From Podarcis liolepis (taxonomy: Eukaryota), in NCBI GenBank assembly GCA_965112155.1, contig OZ218099.1: a stretch of DNA of 64,000 bases; one strand, 5' to 3'. Below, piece by piece: positions 12,126 through 23,700 of this stretch. How positions within the stretch are numbered: the stretch's first letter is position 1; each line of letters opens with the position of its first letter. A model generated the notes under the pieces. It was given only the letters and a program-made list of their open reading frames with translations. It had not been told where the DNA came from and searched no databases. The translations under genes were made by a program, and so were the position numbers.

Positions 12126-12651
12126 AAGAGAGCCTTATAGAAGGTGCTAGAAAACGGAGCAAAGGAAAATACAGTGCATGAAAGGAAAATATCATGCTAA
12201 GGGAAAAGCAGTGTCAGCCCATATATGAGGAAGCTCCTTGGTAAGCATTGCTTCCATATATTTTGGTCTTGTTATAGCAATTTCCGTTGAACACCAATTG
12301 TTTTCTCCCACCATATTTTTCTTGTGAGAGCCCATCCTAAAATACTATCCTTTAGAAAGGAAATAGCTCAGTGTTGGAGTAGAATAAGCTAAATGGCTTA
12401 ATTTTGGTCAATCACAATCTCTTTCAAAAATGCCTTCTATATAAGAAATAAGTGCATGTTCTGGGGAGGACAACAGCATGTGCTTATAACTCCCCAACAG
12501 TTGATTGACAGTTGTATTTGCAGATGAGTAATCTTCTCCAGAGTGAGTCATAGATGTGAAGGATAGGGATGAAGGTCATCTTGCTTGCCACAGGTTTTCT
12601 TTGTGGTTTATTAATAGCACTTGTTTCTTTTTCTCTCTTGCTCTTTTTCAG

Positions 12652-12754
12652 GGTGGCATGTATGTGTTTCAACTCTTTGACTACTATGCAGCTAGTGGTG
12701 TATGCCTTTTGTGGGTTGCATTCTTTGAATGCATTGCTGTAGCCTGGGTTTATG
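12652..12754 (+). CDS. SLC6A6: SLC6A6 coding exon (TM10): [34 protein letters not shown](G)
   Basis: CAG/GTGAGT, 103 nt, ends in phase 1. Confidence 0.96.
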
Positions 12755-12981
12755 GTGAGTAAGTTGTAAATATCTGGCCTGGTATTTTTCCTACAGGAAC
12801 AACTAAACGTTGCAGGGTCTTGGAAGATTAAGCCGCTGGAGCCCAGGAGTTGGGATTGCGAGGGAGGCAGAGCTAAAATAGGGGTTGAGCTAAAATAGGT
12901 GTCTAAGTGACAGATATAATTTTTCTTACTTTGCTTCCTGAGATACAGTCCTTGATAGGGTGAAAAAAGGTTGCTATATGA

Positions 12982-13186
12982 CAGGCATGTCCAACAGGTA
13001 GATCATGATCTACTGGAAGATTGTGGGGTGTTCCTGGTAGATCTTTGGCCCCTCAGAGATATCCTCCCCCCCCCCAAAAAAAAAGCTCAACAACTTTTGG
13101 CCCACCCAATGACAATGGGTAAATCACTGCCAGTTTTTTTTATACTGTGAGGAGATCGCAGTCTATTGGGAGTTGGGACGTCCCTG
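12982..13186. mobile_element. Non-autonomous hAT element
   Basis: TIRs CAGGCATGTCCAAC / GTTGGGACGTCCCTG; TSD CTATATGA / CTATATGG (1 mismatch). Confidence 0.8.
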
Positions 13187-14347
13187 CTATATGGGAACAG
13201 AGTTGGTGAATGTGAAGCTAAGAATCACTTTCCTAATTGAAACAGCATATTGGCTTTCTTAGGAAGTGAGCCTGAGTCCCAGCCTTGAAAAATGAAGTAG
13301 TGTCTATAATACACATTACAGTATGAGAGACATTGGCTGAATCAAGCTGGATGCAGTGGTTGGTTTGGGAAACTTTCAAAAAGCATCTCCCTTTTCCAAA
13401 AGCAAGATTTTCAGGGGGCAGTTGAAAAGGCATGGCTGGGCTTATTGAGAGGAAAGTTAATGGGGCTTGCCCACTGTACCAGTGTTACCTTTTGCTATGC
13501 TGCTCTGTGACAATGAAAGTGCTGCAGTGCAGCACAACAGGGAGCATCTGCCCAGATATACTTTGCATGTTCATCTGAGCACAGATGTTGCCTGTGCTGA
13601 CACAATTAGAAGTGGTCTGGAACTGCAGAGGGAAGGCGGTGCAACTTCTGTTGCCTTCGGCACTACATAGCCAACTCTGAATGGGTCTGGCTTGCCATCA
13701 CTTTTACAATGTGGTGTCTTTTTAGTTGCATCCCATTGTGAAGGAGAAATCATAAGTTTAACTTTTAAAGCTGAAAAAAAAATTCCTGGACCAGTAGCAG
13801 ACTGGGGAAGAATCACTGTTTTAACAGGCACAAAGGAAGTGTAAGATAGAAGGTGTGGGTTTTTCAGCACTCTTTTCAGGCTTCTTGAAAACACACTTTT
13901 TATTTCAAAAGTCTGGTGCACATAAGTGTGGGAATCAGCCCTACTGAGGTCAAAAAAGAACAAATTTCTTTCTGTTTGGTATGATGTTAGTGTTTATGTT
14001 AAACATAGCCTGTCTCCCTAGTCCTATCCCTCCCAGCCTATAAATAGCTGTGGATAATACAATAAAGCTATGGTTTGCTGAATCTGCAGCTCATCCCCCT
14101 GGAAATTAAGGATATTCATGTTGATATTTTTAGAAACTTGTTATAATTATAATGAAATGTATTACTGGTATCTCTGCCCCCCCCCCCTTGGTACCTGTTT
14201 TCTGTGATGGTTTTGTTCTACACTTGATTTTGCATTTAATAAAAAAGAATTTTAAAAAAGTGGCATAGCTCCCATTATGAGGTTAGAGCCAAAGCAGGCG
14301 TCTCATCCAGGCCAGTAACATTCCCTTTCCCTTTTGTCGAACTCTAG

Positions 14348-14448
14348 GCGCTGATAATTTTTACGATGCCATTGAAGATATGATTGGTTACAGGCCCGGT
14401 CCCTGGATGAAGTGGAGCTGGATTATAATCACACCAGTTCTCTGTGTG
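14348..14448 (+). CDS. SLC6A6: SLC6A6 coding exon (TM11): (G)[33 protein letters not shown]
   Basis: TAG/GTGAGT, 101 nt, phase 1 to 0; translated by hand. Confidence 0.95.
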
Positions 14449-15529
14449 GTGAGTGCTTGAAACAGCTTGGCTAAAACATGGTTTTGCATTTGTAGTAGAC
14501 TTTGTTGCTTTATTATTTTACTCCTCATCTTCTCCAACAGTAGCTTCATGAATTAAGATACCGAGTTAAAATGTATAATGTGTAAAGGAATTGCTCCCAT
14601 GTTAAAACATCTCCACTGGCATTCCATTTTTTTCCATGGCCACATAAAACTGCTGGACTTTTGCATGTAAAGCCATCAGTTGGGGAACCTAGAAGACCAT
14701 TTTTCTCCCACGTGAAACTGCCTACCAATTAAGATCTTTTTCAGAGGCCTTCCTGTGGACCACTCTGCTGCAGCTAACAGAAGTTGCTTTTAATGTATTC
14801 ATAGGGTGCCCAAATAATGAAATTTTCATCCCACACATCATCACCATCATCATTAATAATAATAATTTCTGTACCGCCCTTCATCTGAGGATCACAGGGT
14901 GGAAGGCACCCCCTGCCACTGAAGCTGCCTGAGCCTCAAGCAGCAACAGTGAATCCAGAAGCACCCCCAAGCTATGTGCCTGTTTGCCTGGCACTCTATT
15001 AATTACTTTTTTTTCTCTAGGCAAAGTCCATCCTATTGCAAAGGAAGAATAAGGAGTGCACTCCTAAGCACACTCCTGAATCTTCTTTTGCAGCCACTGC
15101 TTGAATTCAGAATGTGAAAGCTGAAGCTGGAGCTGTGAAAAAAGAAGCATTGACGCCCTTAGAGTGTGCTTCTAGTGCCTCTTTTTGCAGTCCCTACTTG
15201 AACTTCCAGTCACCTGGCTGTCCTACTCAGCTGTCCAAGTGGCCTGTGGAGGGGTTTTTATCTTACTGGTGGCTGCGTGGAGCTGCATTTTTGCTGCTTT
15301 CAGTTTTGTAAGCTGCCTTGAGGGCATTTGCAGCAAAAGGCAGGCTATAAATTCTATAAATAAACATGCAGTAAGCAGAACAGTAATCAAGCATTGTTTG
15401 AAGGCATTGGAATGTGATGGCCTGTTGCCATTAGATGGTTCCTCAAGCTATTTCAGTTAAACTTTATATACTTTAGCACACAGGAAGCGTGAGAGAGAAG
15501 TGGCTCTATAATACTAGTATTTTGAGATG

Positions 15530-15613
15530 GCTTACTCTGCAGGCTTACCAAGAAGAAAGCCCCACTGAACACAGCAAGATCTGCTTCTGAGTAAACATGA
15601 ACAAGATTGCACT
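15530..15613. mobile_element. ~85-bp palindromic MITE, degenerate copy
   Basis: ccccactgaacacagc...ttctgagtaaacatg...gattgcac shared with the 20686 copy. Confidence 0.55.
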
Positions 15614-15956
15614 AAGTCTAAAAGGTGGAAGCATTCATGTCAAGTGAAAAGAAGTAGGGCAATGCTATGATGAATACATCAAAGCCTTCTTGTTCTTTTT
15701 GGTGTATAGTAGTGCAGCACAGGAGTAACCAGCACTCCCAGTGGTGTGTCTGTACACGGGGCTTATTTCCCTGTCACCTCTTTCCCCCACCCCATCATAA
15801 CACAGCTGCCAGAAGGCTTGGTGTGCACCCCATCAGCTGCTCCTGGTGTGCAGCATGCTACACTTTTTCACTTTTGGTTGCACAGAATATACAACAAAAC
15901 AACACTTACTGAATGGGGAAAGGATGCAGAACAAATTTGGCATCCCCTACCCCTGC

Positions 15957-16421
15957 ACCTTGCCAACAAAGGTCCGTATAGTTAAAGCCATGGTTTTCCC
16001 GGTAGTAATGTATGGAAGCGAGAGCTGGACCATAAAGAAGGCTGATCGCCGAAGAATTGATGCTTTTGAATTATGGTGCTGGAGGAGACTCTTGAGAGTC
16101 CCATGGACTGCAAGAAGATCAAACGCATCCATTCCTAAGGAAATTAGCCCTGAGTGCTCACTGGAAGGACAGATCCTGAAGCTGAGGCTCCAATACTTTG
16201 GCCACCTCATGAGAAGAGAAGACTCCCTGGAAAAGACCCTGATGTTGGGAAAGATTGAGGGCACAAGGAGAAGGGGACGACAGAGGACGAGATGGTTGGA
16301 CAGTGTTCTCGAAGCTACAAACATGAGTCTGACCAAACTGTGGGAGGCAGTGGAAGACAGGAGTGCTCTGGTCCATGGGGTCACGAAGAGTCGGACACGA
16401 CTAAACGACTAAACAACAACA
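15957..16421 (+). mobile_element. BovB (RTE clade) LINE, 5'-truncated 3' end
   Basis: ORF TLPTKVRIVKAMVFPVVMYGSESWTIKKADRRRIDAFELWCWRRLLRVPWTARRSN...VTKSRTRLND; (CAA)n tail; TSD ACCCCTGC (15949-15956, 16422-16429). Confidence 0.95.
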
Positions 16422-16847
16422 ACCCCTGCTATTACCAGTTATTACCATAATCTCTAGCAGTGTGATTCCAGGGGCAGAGGAAGCGCTAAGGGGGTGTACT
16501 TAATGGAAAGGAAGGAATGAGGTAGATGTTGTTTTCTGAATCTCAAGTTCCAAAAAAGAAGTGGAGAAAGCTTTTAAAATGTCATTTTCTCCCACTCCAC
16601 AGCTTCTTGTAAACACACATGTAGGCATGTGCAGAGTTAGGCATGAAAGCAAATAACAACTGCAAAACTACAGCAGACTTTTGTCAAGCTTATCTGTTGT
16701 CAAGCTCATGTTTTTTTCTGTAGACTGTACATTCATTGGATACTGTAAATCCATGCAGCTACTAGTGTCAGTAGCAGAAAGGTGCATACAGTTCTTCCAA
16801 CAAATCTTCAACCTGTCTGTTTTGTTTTGTTTCTTTTCCTAATGCAG

Positions 16848-17018
16848 GGGTGCTTTATCTTTTCTCTGGCCAAGTATACACCACTGACCTACAACAAGGT
16901 GTACATATATCCTCAGTGGGCCATTGGCCTGGGGTGGATTCTTGCCCTCTCTTCTATGGTCTGCATCCCGCTTGTAATGCTTATCCGTATTCTACAGTCC
17001 AATGGCTCTCTCATTGAG
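16848..17018 (+). CDS. SLC6A6: SLC6A6 coding exon (TM11-TM12): [57 protein letters not shown]
   Basis: CAG/GTAAGT, 171 nt, phase 0/0. Confidence 0.96.
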
Positions 17019-17766
17019 GTAAGTCAACAACCTGGAAGCGCATAAGAATGCACACTGGTCCTCACAAGCTTTTTTCTCCGCAACTGCCTTCCCAGCCTCA
17101 ACTTCAGTGCTTTGCTGCAGGAACCAGGCTATTTCCAGTGCACATTCATCATTTCTACATCTACAAAAGTTTTTCCTGGTCATTCATTCAGTGGATAGGG
17201 CAATTTTACAGGCTCTGTTATTTTGGTGCATTCACAATGCTTAAAACAAGGCATAGCAGAGTTCCTCTGTTGAACTGGACAAGGTTCAGTGCAATTAAAT
17301 AAGATGCCTGTTGCTTTAGACATATTTACATTCTGGAAGAGAATACAGGTGCTCAATAATTTTAGCTTCTGGACAGCTGAAATGCGGCCAGTACAGAGCG
17401 AAGTTAGAAATGCATGGGATTGTAGTATTTGCTAAAAGAACTGGTGTCCATTTACAAACCACAAAGCCCTCTCTATCCAAGTTGATTCCTCTAAGCCAGT
17501 ACAGTAATTTCCAACCTTTTCCAATTTTTTCCAACCTGGGACCTTATTTAGCCCAAACATTCTTTTGAAGACACGCTTCCTTATTCTTTCAATCTTACAT
17601 TTGTATGTTGGTAGTGCTGCTGTGGTCATGATCATCCAGTGGTCATGATCATCTAGTTAAAGAAGACCAATATTCTAAGAATTATCCAAATGGGGGCCCT
17701 CTGCTTGCCTCTCACACCATTTCTTAAAGGGACTTCTTTGCAATAGTACTTAGTGGAGTGGAAATA

Positions 17767-17876
17767 GGTAAAGGTAAAGGGACTCCTGACCCTTAGGTCC
17801 AGTTGTCACCGACTCTGGGGTTGCGGCGCTCATCTCGCTTTATTGGCCGAGGGAGCCTGCGTACAGCTTCCGGGTC
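17767..17876 (-). mobile_element. Sauria SINE 3' fragment
   Basis: Reverse complement of the 3' ~110 nt of the 57293 copy, including the (ACCTTT)n tail. Confidence 0.9.
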
Positions 17877-18756
17877 TACCCAGGTATAAAATGCCCAGAA
17901 TCTAGCACATAGGAAGTGTGCAATCATTTGGTACTGTAATAATCAAATGCACAGAAACAGTAACCAGGCAATAATATAGGCCTTTTTATTATATTTTTAA
18001 TTAATTATCAGTTTTTAAACAGCATGTATTTTAAATAATAACACTCAAATATATTCATTCTAATAAATAGTTTACAATCAGGCATCAATACAGTTAACTT
18101 ACTAATTCCTTCATTGTGTTATGCAACATGTAGCAGGCTTTCCCACCAGTATAGGACTTCTATTTGCATATATTTCTAAAGGGGCAAGCTTCAAATATTT
18201 ATCCTTTTTAAATAAATCCAGGACTCATCTATTTTGCGCTATTACTATTTTGCCTGAGTATAAGAGTTGCATGAGTAGCAGTCCTCTGCCTAGTTGCTAT
18301 ACTGGAATCTCAGACAAGTCAGCCTAGCTTTTGATGATTGTACTTTGACAAGAGCCCTAGTAAAGACATGAAGCTCCACCTGTGGGGTCCACATGTTGAG
18401 TGTGCAGCCTCCCTTCCGGGTACTGCACCATAGATGGGCATCCTAGCTACATAGTGTGCTGTGTGGAAGGATATGGCCTGCATCAGCTGCACTACTGAGT
18501 TAAGAGAGCCACCTAGTGGAAACAGTAACTTGTCAGTACCTCAGGTCTAAGTGATGCTCACTGCATATTACTCACACCAGCTTTCCCCAAAACCTTTCTT
18601 CTGTGTTGCCTTCTTGTTCTTTGCATTATTACACTTTCTCCCAGTAACAAAATCAGTTTTCTGATCTCATCTCGTCTCATGAGCAGTGGCTTGGACGTTC
18701 AAACTAAATCCACTTCATGGTCATGAACCAACATTTTTGGCATTTGAACTGTGAAT

Positions 18757-19202
18757 ACATAAGAGCAGCCCTGCCAAAACATTCCAAAGGCATATGTATT
18801 TCAACACTCCCCTCCCCCCCAAAAAAAGTCAGATCCTTGCGGGAAACCCACAAGCAGCACCCTCCTTCATTTGTTCACTAGTGACTTGAATAACTCAGAA
18901 GCATGGTGTCTCTGATCCCGAGGAAGCATACAGGCATCGTGATGGGGAGCCACTGATAGCCCTACCTTCCATCAATGGGTCTAATCCCTTTTAAAAGCCA
19001 TCTAAGGCAGCAGCCACTGTGCTGCTGACATTTTGCAGCAGCCAATTCCCTCACTCAGCAACGTGCTGTATGAAGAAATACTCCATCTCCTTTGTGCCAA
19101 ATCTATTCAGTTTATTGATTACCCTTCACCATAAGGTCCCAGGACAGGTTATATCCATTTAAAATGCAATATTTGAGGCTACCCATTAAGTTCTCTTGGA
19201 TG

Positions 19203-19279
<77 letters not shown>

Positions 19280-19860
19280 AAGAGGTCTCTTTTTCCACAC
19301 TATGCTTCATTTTACACAACTCTGTCATGTCTTCTCTGACCTTTTTTTCTAAACCAGAAAACCCCATTTCTAATCTTTCCACATAGCGGAGCTGTCCTTT
19401 TCTATACCCTTTCCTGTTCTACAATATTCCTCCCCCCCCCTTTTTTTTTTGAGATGCAGCAACCAGAACTGTTGGCATTGGCTTGTGTTCACTGCAGTGC
19501 TACTGCCTAGGTGCTGTCAGCACAAGGATTTTCCTGCATTATGGGACCTTCTTCCCTTTTGCCTCCCCCTGATCTTTTCTGGGGGTTGCCCCAACCCTCC
19601 AGAGCTGTTTTGGGAACAGCACAGGACGAGGAAGGAATTAATGTGGGAATCCTTGTACTACCTTCTGCTGGTGCAATGAGTTTGCTGAATATGACCCAGT
19701 GTGCTATTTCAAGTGTGCTACATCATAGATATTGGTATTATAATACTGGCAGTTTTATTTTCAGCCCCTTTCCTAACAATTCATAGTATGATATTCAGTT
19801 CTTTTCTCCAGCTGCTGCAGGCTGAGTTGATGCATATCTACCATAACCTCTCCCCACCTC
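18757..19860 (-). mobile_element. Old, degenerate CR1 LINE 3' portion, interrupted by a microsatellite and another insertion
   Basis: Starts acataagagc; contains tctaatcccttttaaaagccatctaag, tgtatgaagaaatact and gagatgcagcaaccagaactg, typical of antisense CR1 ORF2/3'UTR; boundaries approximate. Confidence 0.6.
19207..19275. repeat. Compound microsatellite (TG)17(AG)17
   Basis: Seen directly. Confidence 0.97.
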
Positions 19861-20198
19861 GCCTCTGCCGGTGATTTTTTTCTAGTCATCACTGCCAGTT
19901 CAGTCATACACATTTGGATTCCACTAAATTGTGTGCATAGAACAAGGTCCACTCATGCAATTATGTTTCCATCTCCTCTTCCCACATGCCCCCCATCTGC
20001 TCTGGAGCATTGGGGAAGCCCCCAGAACAGGTTTAGGGGGCATCTGGTTGGACTTTGCTTATGTTCTTATAAGGAGAGGAGGGAAAAATCTGCCCACATT
20101 CATGTATCTGTAAAGTTAGGCTTTTTCACTCCAATTTTTCACTCCATAAGGATCTGGAAGCCTTTTCAAATACAATGTTTCCCTTTCTCTCTTTCCAG

Positions 20199-20339
20199 AG
20201 GGTGAAGGAAGTGGCTGCCCCTCGTGAGATAACTCGGTGGGAGAAAGAAACAGAGAGCGCTGCCCCCTTCTGCCCTCCTGGAATGGCCAATGGAGAACTG
20301 ATCAAGCCAACTCATATCATCGTGGAGACAATGATGTGA
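20199..20339 (+). CDS. SLC6A6: SLC6A6 last coding exon: RVKEVAAPREITRWEKETESAAPFCPPGMANGELIKPTHIIVETMM*
   Basis: Pyrimidine tract + CAG; TGA at 20337-20339; KPTHIIVETMM is the recalled TauT C-terminus. Confidence 0.96.
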   Translation, partial: RVKEVAAPREITRWEKETESAAPFCPPGMANGELIKPTHIIVETMM

Positions 20340-20685
20340 GCTCTCTCTATGAGAGGAAGACGCCTGCTTTAAAACTGCCGTTTACTAACCATAGAATCTC
20401 TCATAGGACCAGGTTTACAGAGCTTTATATTTGCACTAGGATTTATTTTTATTTCTCACAGAGAAAGTTATTTTTTGTGTGTTCAGTTTTTATTTTTTAA
20501 TATTTTGTAAAGTAAATCACAGTGGATGCCTCTCGCTCTATTTAGAGGCAGAGCTTTCATATCAAATTAGGCACACTGCAGGAATTTACTAATTTTCTCT
20601 CTCTCCACACAACATATCTATCTAACGCCTATTCATGATACCACTTTACCACTTGAGTTGATTTTCTTGCCAGCAATATATACAT

Positions 20686-20775
20686 GGGCTGCAATCCTAT
20701 GCACATTTTCTTGGGATTATGCCCCATTGAACACAGTGGGACTTACTTCTGAGTAAACATATATAGGATTATGCC
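20686..20775. mobile_element. ~90-bp palindromic MITE in the SLC6A6 3'UTR
   Basis: GGGCTGCAATCCTAT...ATAGGATTATGCC termini with internal fold-back symmetry. Confidence 0.7.
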
Positions 20776-23700
20776 AACACACAACATATATAAATATATG
20801 CATATACACGTTTCAAATTTCTTTAGGTGCTGGTGTGGTTGTGAACAGGGTAAAACCAAAACTTAAGAAAGCGAATATCTCACTGGAGGCATTTGCTTTT
20901 TTAATGCTTATGTTGTTTTAAGAAACTGGTTTTCAAAGGTGTGGCACTATCTTCCTCTGGTTCAAGTGGGGAGAATTAAAGCAGGAAAGGGTACATGCTT
21001 TTATGCTTATTGTGGTCCATGTAAAATATAGAGAGATTGTAGATATATATTTGTGTGCTTGTAATTGGAAAAGCTGCAATATGGGGTGGGAATTGGGAGC
21101 AGTTGGGAACCAAGGGAACAATCCACGCAGCAGCCATCTCCCGAGTACGGTTTCTGTGCGAAAAGCCTGCAAGAGGGTGGCAAGGTCATTCCTGCTTGGG
21201 TGGCATTTTGCCAGGCAGTACCCTCTCAGGGCCATTTTCTACATCCCACGAGTCCTGTCTTCCCTAAGCCAGTTCTGTGTCTAATATCCCAAAACAGGCA
21301 GAGTTTATATGTAGACTTCTGAGAAAGACATGCAGACCTTTGTGTTGTTCTACTACTGTTGCTGGTATAGAAGGGTTTCTTTGAGAAGCTGCCATGTGTC
21401 CCAGATCCCTTCTTGGGTTACTTTTTGAGACACAAGAGTAACTTAACAGGTCGGCGGAGTGGACTGAAGCAAAGTGATGTGGGGACTGGCCCGTCTTCCG
21501 CAGGCCGTACTCGAGAAATGATCTGGCTTTGACTTGAATTTTCTTAGAAAGGTAGCTTGCTGTCAAAGAGCACGTATAGAAGTGCAGCATTTGCAAGGAT
21601 GCTGCAAAAGCGCTGTGCAATTCTGAAGCATTTTTGAAACCCCAAACTTGCCAAAATTTATCATTTCTAGTTCACAGAAAGGAGTGTTGGGCCTGTATCA
21701 TTCAAAGCAGCGTAGTAGCATATCGGTCACTATAAAACCTGAACTGGACCTCTAGACCCACTGCTGAGGAAGCTACTGCAGCGCAGGACTATTCAGGACA
21801 TGCAGCTGAGTGAGAGAGAGAGAAAGAAGGAGATGCAGGAGGCAGACTTAGATCCTGATCCTCACAGGCATTTAAGTAGAGTCATCATTTGTATCGTATG
21901 GAGATAAGGAAGCACAAGAAGATGACATGAGCTACAAAGGCATTTTAGTTTGGATGAGGCATGAAACATCTGAACAAGATTTTTCATCAATGAACTAAGC
22001 ATACAGAACTTTCCCACTTACCTCAGGAATAAGGATTTGCTTCTGGAAATCTCACCTCAGTTTGACCAAGCCCTGGTTCTTATGGAAGGTAATAAGATGA
22101 TGTTGGATAAAGGCTCTTAGACCCTCCCATATGGGCATTGATCTTGGGGGAGGTGGTGCCCCCTTTTAAGTGAGTATTGGCACTAAATGCAATATGGGCA
22201 GGATTGTAAGCCAGAAATGGCAGCAAAGCCTTTACCTGAGTACCTGTAGCCAGTTTAGTCTGTCAGTGACAGATACTGTAGTTTAAACTGGAACCTAGCC
22301 AGTATTTAAAAACATTCCTAATTACATTTTTAAAAGAAAACCTAAGAAAATGTCTACGTGTGTCCCACGCTCTCATTGGCCACAGCGTATTGGCTTTACA
22401 AATGCTTGCTAAGTCATGTCAGGTTTTATATGAAATGGAAACAACAACTTTAAATAAAAAAGGACCAAAGCACAGTTATTTCAAGTTTCTTGTATAGCTG
22501 ACTTTTTTTTTTTTAAGGTAAGAGTCTCAAATTTATTTTTGTGCGAGGGAACTGAACTTTGAGTACACACAGGTGGCCAGGGTCAGGGCTTTCATTTTCC
22601 AGTGACCATCCTACTGGAAGAGCCTTAAGCCAAACACTTCCATAATATGTGATGACATGATAGCATCATTCTCAAATCCTAGCCCCTACCAGCTGAAAAG
22701 CTTAACCTGGAGGGCTAAGGCAGCCAAGGGAAAGCTGATCTCTCTCATCCAAGCCTCATTGCTAGCCAAAGTAGGACTCCAATTTAATAAGCACAGGTCA
22801 GACTTGTATTGTCTCTTTTCATGCTATTGGGGAGCAATGAGGAGTTAGGCCAGAAGCAGATCTTAACTGAATTCCCTTGACTCTCCCTGGTGCACATTGA
22901 CCTAAATACGGTGCAGTGTATATTTTGATAAGCAAGTAAATAAATGAGTTCAGGCTTTCCAAAGCAGCTGATGATACCAGTGCAAATATAATCAACCAGG
23001 GGATACTCTAAGCACATATTGTGGGAGGATGAATTTCCAGAACAAAACCAGAAAGAATCAGTCCTGCGCCTTTAGAGTTCCAGCCCATTTTGAGGTTAAG
23101 CTGTGCCATTTGAATCAGTAGCTTCCATGTTGAGGGTGAAAGGGTTATAGGCATATACACAGTGACCTTAAAAAGTTATGCTAGCTAGTGTAATTGGGGG
23201 CGGGTGGGGGTGAGCAAAGCCTCAATCAAGTTTAACACAGCCTGTCATCCCTAGGTTTTCTGTTCCAAGGAGCAAATTTTCACACCGCAAAATCTCTGAA
23301 TAATCGAATGTGGTAAACCTGAATGTCAACAGTAGATTCTGCCAAATTAAAGGGCATGGGGTGGGAGTGGGGGCAGGGTTAGGGGGACATTGTAAACAAC
23401 TGTTTGTATTTTCTACTTATTTATGATTGAAAAAAAAGAAAGACTGGTTTTTTTCTAATTTACTTTGTAGAACTTTGTGGCCTATTTTATCTGTTATTTT
23501 GTAACTAAGAAGTTAAATATTCAGTATTGTGACTAACTGTTGGTGAACTGGTTTGGATTCAGGGAGATGGGGGAGGGAGGGCGGAATAGCATAAATGTTT
23601 GTTCACATAAGTGATTGCATTTCCAAAAAAAAAAAAAAAAGTGGGGAGAGAATGAGAGCATACCTTGAATGCTTTGTGGGTTTGGAAAAGGGACATGTTC

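Noticed and set aside
15001-15110. Acceptor-like TTTTTTTTCTCTAG in an SLC6A6 intron
   Set aside because: Lies in repeat-like sequence, has no clear donor, and would truncate the transporter with no meaningful peptide
17622-17655. Short tandem duplications (17-bp unit here; others near 12870, 35440, 61100 and 61210)
   Set aside because: Two-copy slippage or repair duplications without spacers; not CRISPR-like and no evidence of function
1035-20339. SLC6A6 as a pseudogene (missing exon, GC donor)
   Set aside because: All nine visible exons are intact, in phase and have good splice sites; the missing exon coincides with an N gap
20337-20345. Stop-codon readthrough or selenocysteine recoding at the SLC6A6 TGA
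   Set aside because: Context TGA-GCTC is not the TGA-CTAG readthrough motif, no SECIS-like structure was recognised, and the protein ends at the expected C-terminus
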